A DNA stretch of 62,606 nucleotides, taken from contig CACXEY010000254.1 in the NCBI GenBank assembly GCA_902766695.1, forward strand, positions 1 to 62,606, written 5' to 3'. This document shows, piece by piece, positions 16,793-28,700 of this stretch (positions are counted from its first letter, which is position 1; each line of letters opens with the position of its first letter). A model generated the notes under the pieces. It saw only the letters and a list, made by a program, of their open reading frames with translations, had not been told where the DNA came from and searched no databases. The DNA comes from an uncultured bacterium (GTDB lineage: Bacteria; Verrucomicrobiota; Kiritimatiellia; CAIQIC01; Lenti-01). The position numbers were made by a program, and so were the translations under genes.

Positions 16793-19700
16793 CTAACGGC
16801 CCATGTTGCGCGTCGGCGGCTGGTAGAAGTCTTCCGGGCTGTACGTCCAGTTCCACGTATCCCCCGCACCCTCTTCCTTTTTGCCCGAAATCAGCACGAT
16901 CATGTCGTTGGGGTGGATGGGCGTGTCCGTGGACGCGATTTCCGCGCGGTTCTTGTTGTAGCGCCACGTGCCGTTGGCATCGCAGTACATCGTCGTGTCG
17001 CCGCGGGGCTCCTTCGTCTCGGTATCGACCACGTACAGCTTGTCCGTCGTCGCATCCCACGGATTGCCCGCCTTCATCTTCCCGGACGTCGGCTCTCCGG
17101 TTTCCTTGTCGAATTCCACCAGCATCAGCTTGCTCGGGTGCACCGCCACCGGCAGGTTCAGCGACAGCAGGTTGTACACGCCCTTTCCGCGTACGACGGT
17201 CTGCTGGAACACCTGTTTCGACGCCGTACCGTCCCGTGCCCCCGGCTTGGCGGAGGACGTGGACGCGGTGGCGGCCACGGGCACCCCGTTCGTCGGCACC
17301 TGCATGATGGGATGCCACAGCATCGCCAGCACGGTCCGGTTCCTCCCGTATTGCGACTTCAGCTCCGTATGGTCCTTCCACCAGCCGTTGGTCTCCACCG
17401 TCCCGTTGTTCGTGGTGATGTTGGCCTTCGGCAGCAGGATTCCGAACGGCCTGGCGAAGAAGTTGGCGGGAAGGTCCTTATCCGTCACATCCGCACCCTT
17501 GTCATCGAACCACCGGAACTTCTTGTCCGCTTCCGTGGCCTTCTTGTCATAAGCGAAGAAGTAGGAACCGTTCGTCATCGTCGTCGTCCCGGACGAATAG
17601 AACTCGACTTTCGTCACGTCGTCGTCCGAAGCGGCCCCGTTCGTTGCCGCCGGCCACATCGACGGGTCCGTCCCGAAGACCCCGCGGAACGTGTTCGTCC
17701 ACGGCACGCCCTGCAGGCTCACGTAGTTGAACCCTTCGGACAGCACCACGTTGTTCATCGAGTACACTTCCATGCTCGCGAGCGGAATCTGCTTTTCGTC
17801 CGTCCCCGGCTTCGTGTCCTGCCACCGCCCCGTGTAGCTTGCGCGGTAGAAGCGCAGGCGTCCGGGCGTCGCGAGCCCCTCGTCCGCCTGGTAGTTCCAG
17901 TTCGTCTTGGACGTGCCGGAGTTGCCGGCGGTCGAGGCCATGTTCCACTGCTCCGTCCCCTTCTCGGTGAAGCTGGAGGCGTCGCGGTAGATCAGGTCGT
18001 ATTGCTTGTTCACGGCGTGCTTGAACTCGCCGGTCTTCGCGTCCTGCCCCGCCGCCAGCCAATGCAGCACCGCGGCCTTCGAAGGAGCACCCTCTCCGGG
18101 GACCGCCATCCCGATGTCCTCGAGATCGGCGGACTCGAGCATCCCGGAGATGGCCGCCGTCGTCCGTACCACGCCCGCGGTCACCGCGAACTTGATGGTG
18201 TTGTTCGTCGCCCAGCTCCACATTCCCGCGGGCCCTTCGTTGCCGGCCTTGTCCACGCCGACGATGATCACGATGTAGTGGTTGTCGAAGTCAAGGTCGT
18301 ACAGGCGGACGGACTGGTTCGTCGTCCCGACGTTCGCGGCGACCCGTCCCAGCGAATCGTACGCGGTGGACCGGCCGGTCCCCGTATCCTTCGGCGCCGT
18401 CGGATCCTGCACCGGGCTGTTCGTCATCACGAAGGCCCAGTTCGTGTAGTAGTTGGCGGCCGTCGGGTCGGACATGAACGTCTGGTACACCCAGCTCTTG
18501 GCCTCCACGTCGGGATTGTCGTCCGACGCGATCGCCGATTCCTCGTAGTTCGTGAAGTAGATCTTGTAGCTGTACCACGGCGACAGGGTTTCGTAGGCGC
18601 TGGCCTTGTACGTCGTCTCGATGTAGTTCGGGTCTGCCGGATCGTCCGGTCCCACTCCGTAAATCGGCCAGCTCAGGTCGAACTGCGTCGTCGGGTCGTC
18701 CGTGTTGTCCGGATTCGCCGTCAGGCGGCGCGGCGAACCGCCCGACACGTACCCGATCTTCGTCGGCTTCGTGATGTCGTATGCCAAAGGCACGTCGACC
18801 GGATCGCTGGCCAGACCGTCGCCCGGGCGGTCGTTGTCGCCGTCCACCGCGAACAGCTGGTACTTGCCGAAGCCCTGGTCCATCGTCACGGCCCCGAGAT
18901 TCGCCTTCAGCTTCTCGCCGTCGACGCTCGTCGTGATCTTCTTGCCGGCGTTCGTCGAAGTATGCGTGATGGTCGCATCCTCGCCCGCCAGGTGGTACCG
19001 CACCACGCCGGACTTCTTGGTGTCAAGTCCGGTCGGATCCTGGTCCGTCGCCGCCGTGAACCGCACGTTCACGTTGCCCAGGTTGTTCGTCCACGGCGCC
19101 GTCTCGCGCGTCATCTCCCCGACCGTCGTCACCGGAGTCCCGTTCACCTCGAGGCCCGTCGGCGGGTTCGGCCACAGGGTGTCGTTGTCGCGGACCGTGA
19201 TCTTGGGTCCGGCCAGCTGGGCATACTTCTGGTCCTCCTGGCGGTCGGCATCGGCGTCGTAGGCGTGGATGCGCAGCCAGAGGTCGCGGTAGTCCTGTCC
19301 GCCTGGCAGGAGGTTCCCGACGTCATCGTAGGTGAACTCGTCCCACGTCCACGTCGTGAACGAGACGGAGGCGGCCATCTTCGTCTGCCCGTCGGAGCTG
19401 CTCCAGCCGGTTCCGGGGAGCTGGTAGTGCGCCAGGGCGTTGGAGACCACGATTCCGTTGGTGGCGGCGGTTTCCCACGCCAGGTAGGTGTTGGTCAGCG
19501 TGATGGAGGAGGCGAGGGCGGAGGACGCGCCTTCCGTTGCCGCCGTCCCGCGCTTCACCCCCGTGTTGGAGCGGCCGCTCGTCCGGTCGGACGGGTCGAC
19601 CAGGTCGGCCGTGACGGCAAACTGCTTGCTCGCGGAGACCTCGCGCAGTTCTCCGTCGTAGATGGTGAACGCGCGGGTGGCGATGTCGTCGAGGGACCCG

Positions 19701-22700
19701 TTGTGGGCGCTCAGGCTGCCGCCCAGCGCGTAGTGCCCGTAATCCGCGGAGTCGAGGTCCTGCAGCGTCGCCCCGTCGGCCACGTTCGTCGCCACCAGGA
19801 TGCCCTTGAACTTGGAGGTGGACGCGTTCCGGTAGTGCGGCGCGCTCACGTCCTGGTCCATCACGCGGAAGTTGCCCACGTGGGCGATGCCGGTGGCGAG
19901 CGTGTCGCCCGCGCGGTCGTTGTCGCGGTCGGTCACGCCGGCGTACACCGCGTTCGTCACGATGGCGTCGGACGCGAATTCCGCCGCGTGGAGGGTGTAG
20001 AAGTCCAGCACCGCCTGCTCCCAGCCCACGGTGGCGCTCGGCACGTTGGCCTCGCCGAGGTCGCCCGTGTTCCCGGCATCGCGGGAATACCCGCCGGCGA
20101 GGGTGCCCGCCGCGTCGACGGTCCCGCCGGACAGGACGGTGGTCGTCCCGGCCTCGGCCCCGGTCGCCGGGTTCAGCTTGCGGAACTGGAGGTCGGTGAC
20201 GCGCCAGCCGCTGTAGTCATAGTAGTCGAGCGCGAAGCCGAGCTTGGAGTTTGCGCTGCTGCCGGCCGCCTCGGCGATCGAGTGGTCGCTCAGGGCCCAG
20301 ACGGAGGCCGCCCCGCTGTTGATGCGCTGCTTGGTGGGCAGGAGGGTGCCGTTCACCTTGACGCCGAACGGCCCCCCGAACTGGCTGCCCGTCTGCGGGG
20401 CCGCCTCGTCGTTGTCGTAGAGCCAGAACGCGTTGGTCACGGCCGCGGCGCGGGCGTCCGCGGTCCGGTCGTGGTCGTAGTCGTACACCCGGCTCACGAT
20501 CTTGTAGTGCTGGTTGTCCGGCTGCGTGCTGCCAGACTTCACCGAGAGCGGCATCCCCTTCGCCAGCGTCTCGGCGCTCAACCCCTGCGTCCGCACCTTC
20601 AGCTGGGCCGACACCATCTCGCCGTTCTTTCCGGTGCCCGGAGCCGAATTCACCATCGGCGCAAAGGCCGAGACGGAGATGACCACGCTGTCCACCTCCA
20701 GGCCCGTGCCGGCGGTGGTCTCCTCGGCAATCGATACCGCCACCTTGCCCACGCTCGAGTTCGCCACGGAAACCGGCCCCAGCGTGTATTCCCGCCAGGC
20801 CTTCGTCGCGCTGAACGTCTCCTCTTCGCCGATGGAGAGGGTGTCCCCGGCGGAGGTCTGGAAGTCCACGCCCAGCGTGAACCCGTTGGCGGCCCCGTCC
20901 GCCCCGGCGGCGAGCACCGAGCGGACCTTGGCCTGCACGATGACCGTCACGCCTTCGAGACCGCGTTCCGGCGCCGCCACGACGATGGTCTGCGAAGCGG
21001 AGGCCGCCTTCGAATCGCCACCGGGCAGCGAGAGCCAGTTCCGGCTTTCGGTCGTCCCCGCCACGATCTCCGCCCCGCTGGCCAGCGTCCAGCTGCCATC
21101 GTCGTCGGCGAACTGCGGATCCCCGCCGCTGGCCAGTTCCGCTTCCGCGTAGGCCAGTTCCACGAGGTTCGAGCTCCAGAACTCGGCCCCCTCCTTGGCC
21201 GACGCCGCGGGATAGTACACCGTGAAGTCCGGCACCCAGGCGTGGCAGTTGTCCGCCGAGTTCGAGGCGACCCACAGGCCGCTCCGCACCGTGTCGTACC
21301 CCGTCACCAGCCCGTCCTGGACCTCCAGCGTGTTCGTCCACGCCCCCTGGTTCAGGTCGTGGTCCGTCACTTCCTGGCCCTTCGGACCGGACAGGATTCC
21401 GTGCAGCTCCAGGTTGTTGATGCCCCAGTTGCCGTTGCCCGAGAACGTATCGTCCGCCTCGTCCTCGGCCACGCTCCCCGTCGCGCGCCAGCCGTACAGG
21501 CGGAACGTCTTCTTCTGCGTCCCCGTCGCCTCCACCGACTGCGAGAACACGATGCTCACCAGGTTCGTCGAAGCGAAGTACTGGCCTTCCCCGTTTTCTT
21601 CCTTGTCCACCACGACCGTCCCCAGTTCCGTCTCCACGGCGGTTCCCTTCACCGTCGTCACCTTCGGATTCCAGAGATTGAAGCCGGCATTGCCGTTGAC
21701 GCCGCTGTCGACGCCTTCATTGTTGGAAGCATACCAGCGAACCAGCATCTGCCCCGTGCGGGGGACCAGCGGGGAACCGGAAATCCTGATGTCGGAGAAA
21801 TTCTTGACATAGGCTTTCTGTTCGCCTGTTGCCGCGCTCTCCGACGGTTTGATGGTCGTCACATCCGTCCAACTCGCCCCGTTGTCCAAGCTGATTTGCA
21901 GTTTCAACGTCCGGTTGTCGGTGCGGTTGTACCGTGCGCCGGCATCATAGGAAATCGTCCCGGACGAAATCGAAGTCAGGGGAATCGAGACGGACTGCAC
22001 CGCAGCCGTGTGGACGCTGCTGGACCCCTTCAATGCCACCTGGTTCGTCGCCGTCAACTCGGCGCTGGTGGCGGCGCCGTTCTGCCAAACCGTCCATTTC
22101 TGGGAGGCACTCGGCGTATACACCGTCTCCGTCACCTCGCCCTGCACGGTCAGCGTGTAGCGGGTGGGGCCGTACGCGGTGACATAGCTCTTGAAGGTGA
22201 GGTTGTCGGCCAGCCAGTACGCCGTCTCGGTTCCGCCCAGCACCCACTCGAAGTACTTCGAGGAGGCCAGGTAGCTGGCGCCGTTCATTCCGCTTTCCAT
22301 GTAGGCCACGCCCGGATTCTCCGTCGCAGTGTAGTACAGCGTCGCCGAACCCGTCGTGCCGTTCGCGGCCTTGCTCTTCACGGCCACGGAGCCGTCCTGC
22401 ACGACCTGCGCGGTGCCCAGGGTCATCCCCTCGAAGGCCTGGAGCGCCCCGTAATGCGGGTTGCTCCCGCTTCCGATGGCATCTCCCTTCGAGAACGTGT
22501 CGAGCGCCAGCGTCCCGAACTTCACCATGTTCGTCCCGGTGCCCAGCAGGTTGGAGCGGGAGATTTCCGGCGCCGTCGCGTCGTCGTCGCTGAAGAGCAG
22601 GCGGCCGAAGGTGATTTCGGCGTCGGCCTGGTCGTTCGCGCGGTTGTCGTCGCTGTCCCAGGCGTGCAGCTGGACGACGTTCGTCACGCCGTCGCTGTGG

Positions 22701-25700
22701 GTGCCGATGTAGGAGAGGATGTCCGTCATGCCGAACAGGCTGTTGATGTCGGAGGTGGCGAAGTCCCAGCGCAGGACCGTGCTCGGCCCGGTACCCTTCG
22801 TCCCGGCGGCCTCGTGCCAGCCGGAGCCGTCGTGGACCATGTCGGAGATGTAGCTGCCGTCGGCGACGAAGTTGCCCGTGTTCTCCGTGGAGGCGACCCA
22901 GGCGCCGGCGCCCTCGTTCAGGGCGGGATCCCAGGTCTTGACCACGAACGCGGAGTTCGTCAGCGTGTGCCCGGTGGAGGCGGGCGTCGTCGTCTGCGTC
23001 GCCCCGCGCTGCGTGCCGCTCTCGATGTAGTCGTCGAAGACGTTGAAGAAGAAGGAGAGCGGGCGGGTGCCGCCGACCATCATCGCGTCGGTCAGCTGGT
23101 ACATCGTGTCGCGCTGCACGCCTTCGCGCCGCGGCAGCTTGCCGGTGATGGTCGCCCACGTCGTGTTGGCGGAGCTCTTCGCGATGTTGTTGGTGCTCAC
23201 CAGCATCGAGGGCTTGAACTCCGTCCCATCCTCATCGACAGCCGTAGCGGCCCACCGCTCCGTGGAGGCGATCGGCGGGACCACGTCGTTGTCCTTGACG
23301 TTGATCTTGATCAGCTGGTTGACCGTCACGTTGCGCGCCGGGTTCGGCCCGTCCGCGCACCAACCGCCGGTCAGAACGTTTACTTCGTTGCAGGAGAGCC
23401 CGCGGTAGCTGCCCTGGTGGTCGCGTTCGGTGGAAGGCGGCCACGGATCCCACGGCTGTTCGCCCCACTGGTCGCTGGTGCAGCAGTCTTCCGCCGACAG
23501 CGTCAGGTACAGGTCCACTTCCGGATCGTACTCCGGCAGGCCGAACACGCCGCTGACGTAGTTCGTCAGGTACTGCACCCCGTTGCAGCTGATTTCGGTT
23601 CCGCCGTCGTACGCCCGCAGCGTCTGTCCCGAGAACGTGGTGCCGCTTTCGGTGCCCACGCCCAGGAAAGCGTCGTCATAGCCCCACTGGATGACCCACC
23701 CTTGCGCCGGCTGGTACTCGCCCATCGCGTCGGGAATCAGCAGTTCCGGTTCGCCCGTCCCGCCGTGGTGTTCCCACGTCAGCGTCTTTTCGCCGCCGCT
23801 GGTGTGCACCGTGATGTTCAAGGGGCTCGGCGGATTGGCCGACGTCCGGTTCGTGTTGACCATCATCAGGTCCCAGTTCGGCGAGACGCGCCCGAACACC
23901 GTCCCGTCGCCGTTCGTCGCCAGGATGTTCCACGTGTAGTCGCCTTCAACCTTCCCTGCCGGCCACTTGCTGGGCCCGATATCACAGTCGTCCACGCCGT
24001 CGTAATCGTTCACCCACCCGCGCATGTGGTTCGTCGCGTACACGCCGTTGATGTCGTACCACTCGATGACGAACCCGAATTCCGCGCTGCTGCCGCCGAA
24101 TTCGCTGTCCAGGATGGAGTAGGCCTCGCCGTTGCGTTCCACCTCGGCGCGGTACTCGGAATCGCCCAAGAACTTCCCGACCTGCGATCCGACGTACTTC
24201 AGCGTCGCCACCGGCCCGTCGTTGTCCTGCTTGCCGGTCACGGTGTAGTGCTGGACCGTCGCCGCGGAGAGCTGCCCGGCGTTGTCGCGGGCGCGCACGC
24301 GCCACCAGAATTCCTTGCAGTTGGTCATCGGCTTGAAGGAGATCTTCCGCGACGGGGTGGCCGCGATCGCCGCCGCCAGCTCGGGCGTCATCTCGATGTT
24401 CACGCGGTAGAGGACGGGGCCGTTCTCGGTGTGCCCGCCGTCGCCGCCGAAGTTCGGCGTGTCGGCGACTTCGAGCAGCCAGCCCGTCACGAAGCCTTCC
24501 GCGTCGGTGCTGTTGCTCCACTGGAGCACCGGGTTGCCGGCGCCGGTGCCGTCGTTGGCGGGCTCGGGGTTGGCGGGCGTAGAGGGCGCCGTGTCGGACA
24601 GCAGCGCCGTGGCGCCGAACCGCGCGTCCATCCAGAAGTCCACGTTGTTGTTCTTGAGGCCTTCGTCCCAGGCGCCCAGCGCGTAGTCCTTGTCGTTCGA
24701 CCCGTACGGCGCGATCGCCAGCGCGTCGACCGCCGCGCAGCTGTTGCTCGCGATGAGCACCACGCCCACGGCCTCGTTGTTCCAGGAGCCGCTGTTGAGG
24801 AACGTCGCCACGCTGAAGCGGCCGGTCACCGCCGCGTCGCCGGTCACGCCGTCCAGCCCGAGTTCGTTGCGCGGCACCACCCATTCCACGCACGGGGTGG
24901 CGCTGGCGACGGGATTGCCGCTGCCGTCCAGCGCCGACGACGCCTTCCACCAGAGCGGGGCGTGCCAGCTGGCGCTGTCGGTGTCGTAGAGTTCGACCTG
25001 CCACTCGTTCCGGTCGCCGCCGACCCAGTGGACGGCCATCTGGATCTTCGGATAGTGGAACGCCGGGCTGTTCGTGTAGTACGCCCCGCCCAGGAACGTG
25101 TACGACTCGTCGGCCAGCCAGTTCAAGTCCGTGCTTTCCGTCGAGAGCCGCGTGTCCAGGCCCACCGCGACGTGCGCGTTCGTCGGCATCGTCGCCGTCC
25201 CGCCGTTCAGCTGCAGCAGGAAGTACACGTTCGTCGAGTCCGCCTTCACGCGGAATTCCGTGATGTCCGCCGACGGACACCTCTCCGGATTATCCGTCCG
25301 TTCCTCGCCCCGCTTGTCGGTCCAGATCAGTTCCCCTTCGCTGAAGATCGAGCTGTTCCACGGTTCGGCGGGCGTCCCCACCCAGTCCGTCGGGTCGCCG
25401 TCGATGTCGATGTCGCCGCCCGTGTTGCTGGGCGTCGCGTCGGCCACCGCGCTGCGCGGCGAGTAGTAGCTGTTGTTCACCGTGTACGCCGCGTAGTACG
25501 AGTGGCTCGAGCAGGGCCGGTTCGTGTAGTACTGCGCCGTCCCGCGGTAGATCACCGTCATGTAGTTTTCGGGATTGCTGTGGTAGATGACGTCACCGGC
25601 GTAGTACGCCTTGCCGTCTTCAGGCTTCAGGTTGTTCGCGCTGATGGTGTTCGCCGCATACGCGCTGGAATACTTCACCACCATGACCTCCTCGAACGTC

Positions 25701-28700
25701 CGCCCGCCGGAAGACCCGCGGTCCCAACCCAGCGGAACCCTGTAGCTCGCGTCGTTGGTCGCGTGGAGCACCGGCGCCGGCAGCGCCGCGACCGTGTACG
25801 TGTTCCTCTTGTAGCGGTCGTCGCCGTGCTGCCACGAGTACACCGTCTCGCCGTCGCCCGTCGCGGACCCGTAGGCGTACAGCGTGCCCGTTGTCTTGAA
25901 CTGGTTCGTCGCGATCCACTCCGTCTGTGGCGGCGTTTCGGTCGTGATGTTCCGCACCCACGCCGCGTCCACCCCGGCGGCCCAGGCGGCACCCGACGGC
26001 TCCGCCGCACCGCTCAGCAGGTGCTTCGCGCTCTGGCCGGGGCCCTGCGGCTTGCTCGTGATGTTGTTGACCACGTAGTCGCCGAGGAACACGTCCTCGC
26101 TGAGCCCGGCCATCCACACGTCCGTGGGAACCTTCGGTCCCAGCAGGTCGTCCCAGCTGCCGCCGAAGCGGATTTCGTCGAAGTACGTGTCGCCCGGCGT
26201 CACGTCGCTGCCGGTCCCGCCGGCCAGCAGCTCGATCATGTGCACCCCGGAGAACGTCATGTTGATCCACTGCGCGTTCCACCCGGTCGTCGGCTCTTCC
26301 TCGGGGAACTCGGTCTCCCCGTCCGCGTACTTCGCCATCGCGTACACGTTCACCTTGTCCGCCGCGGTCCACTGGACCTTCGCCACCACCACGTAGGCGT
26401 TCCCGGCGCCCGCGTTCAGCGAGTAGTTGCCGAAGCCGATTCCGAGGCCCCCGCCCGGATCGATCGACAGCAGGTTCTGCTTCGACGAGTCGCTTGTCCC
26501 CGGTTTGCCGACGAACACCCCGCGGTGGCTCCCGCTGTTGTCGATCAGCTTCAGCCCCGCCCACTTGTTCACCCCGTCGTACGTGTACGCCATCCGGTAG
26601 GCGATGTAGAACGTCTTCCCGGCCTCCCCGCCCCAGTCCTGCGCCAGCGTCCGGCCCAGCGAGGCCGACGTGTTCGCCGACGGGCTCACCTTCATCACGT
26701 TGCCCGCGCTCACCTTGTAGTTCGGGATTTCAGTACCCATCTTGGCGGGCGCATCGGCCGGCTTCACCGGCGTCCACGTCGCCGCGTTCGCCGTCGTCCC
26801 GTTCTGCCCGTCACCCGTCGCCCAGAAGTGCACCGTGTTCCCCGCCGTGTTCGTGAACCCGTTGCCGCCCCGCCACTCCGTGTGCGTCCCGCTCCCGCTC
26901 ACCTCGAACGAATTCGTGTAGCTGAACGGGTTGACGTATTCCGTCTCCCCGTACTTGTCCATCGTCAGCGGCCCGCCGGTGTTCGAGTCCGTGCTCACTT
27001 CCAGCGCGCTCTCCGCGTACACGCCCGAGGCGTAGCTGATGAACGCGTAGCGGTGCGACGTCCCCGGCAGCACCACGTGCTCCAGTTCCGTCCCGCTGCC
27101 GTTGTAGAGGAGCGTGACGACCGCATCGCCGATTTCGGAACTCTCGCCCACCCCGTGCGTCTTCCACGCCAGCTGGTCCGCCGTGAAGGGGCTGTTCACG
27201 TTCTTTTCAAGGACGTAGACCCGCGTCGCCGCCGGGCGCTCCACGTCCGGGTCGGGCGCCGTGTCCGTCCCCGCCGCGGGCTTCACCCAGTCGAGGCGGA
27301 TCATTTCCTTCCCGTCCATCACCGCGTGCGCCGTCGCCACCGGGAACGGCGGCACCGGCTCCTTGCCCACCAGCTCTTCCCAGCTGCTGCCGATGCGGAT
27401 TTCGTCGAACCACACCGGGTACAGCAACCCGCTGCCGTTCTCGGCCACCAGCCGGATGGCGTGGATGTCGTCCATCGACAGCGTCTCGGACACGTCGAAT
27501 CCCGGGAACGTCGCCGTCCGCGCCCATTGCGGCTCGGTGTCGCTGCCGCGGTAGAACGTCTTCAGCCACATCTTGCTGCCGTCCCACTTGAAGACGACCA
27601 CGCACGTCTGGCCGTCGTTCAGCACGTAGTTGCTGGCCTTCGTGGTGCTGCCCTGCTGGAAGCCGATGACCTTGCCTTCGTTGGCGTTGCTGGAATCCTT
27701 CGCGTTCCACAGCTTGCCGATGCTCACCTTGCTCGCGCCGGACTCGTCCAGCAGCTGGATGCCCGCCCACTTGTTGGGGCCGCTGTAGTATATCTTCATG
27801 GTGAACATGCCCCACCACTCCGAGCTCTTGGAGAGCGGCGTCGCCAGGGTGCGCTTGATTTCGACCTTCTTGTTCTCGTTGGTCGGGTACAGCACCAGCA
27901 TGTTCCCGCCGGTGCCCCACAGCTGGTTCGTCTCCAGCAGGCCGTACGGACGCGAATCGTTCCGCGTTTCCTGCCCCGCCCACGCACCGGACCACGGCAC
28001 GGTCTCCACGTGCCAGGGACCGGCCCACCCCTTGCCGGTGTTGAACGCCGCCTGGTCCCCGGTCGCCGGCATCGACGTGCCGTTCGTCACGGCGAACGCG
28101 TCCGCCGCCGCGCACACGTACGTGTTCAGCACCACGTTCGTCTCCAGCCGCCCCTCCCAGTAGCTGCCGTGCTTCCAGTACACCACGTACTTCTGGTCCA
28201 CCGCGTCCGTCCGCGACCCGTAGGGCACCACGTGCTCGAAGCCCGCCCCGCTCTGCGCGCTGGTCGTCCGGGCAATCACCACGCCCTGACCGACCGCCGA
28301 ACCCACCGCGGGCGTCCCCGTCGGCGCCGGCACGTCGGAGAACGCCTTGCCGTCGTTGACGGCGATGACGGCGATGCCGCTGCCGGGGTTGCCCCACGTC
28401 GAGCGGGTCATTTCGAACCCGTCGGCCGCGACCGCGAAGTCGCCCGCCGTCCAGTCCGCCGTCTCGCCCCACGCGCTGCGCACCACCACGCCAGCCGGGG
28501 CCCCCACCGCGCGCACGTGCGCCAGGTACCGCTTGCCGCTCGCCAGGCCCGTCACGACCTGGTTCGTCGCGGACACGCCCGGGAAGCTCTTCACGCCCGC
28601 GACCGTGTACACGCCCTCGCCGTGGAACTCGATGTCGTCCACGTAGATGCTGTCGGAGGTGCCCGACCCGCCCTCGCGGCGGAACCGCACCTGCGTCCAC

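Noticed and set aside
16793-17200. Classical autotransporter/TPS, LPXTG, PEP-CTERM or T9SS C-terminal signal in the giant proteins.
   Set aside because: The C-termini end ...DFYQPPTRNMGR and ...DFYKPPTRHMGR. There is no terminal aromatic residue or amphipathic beta-barrel pattern, no LPXTG, no PEP motif followed by a TM and basic tail, and no hydrophobic terminal helix.
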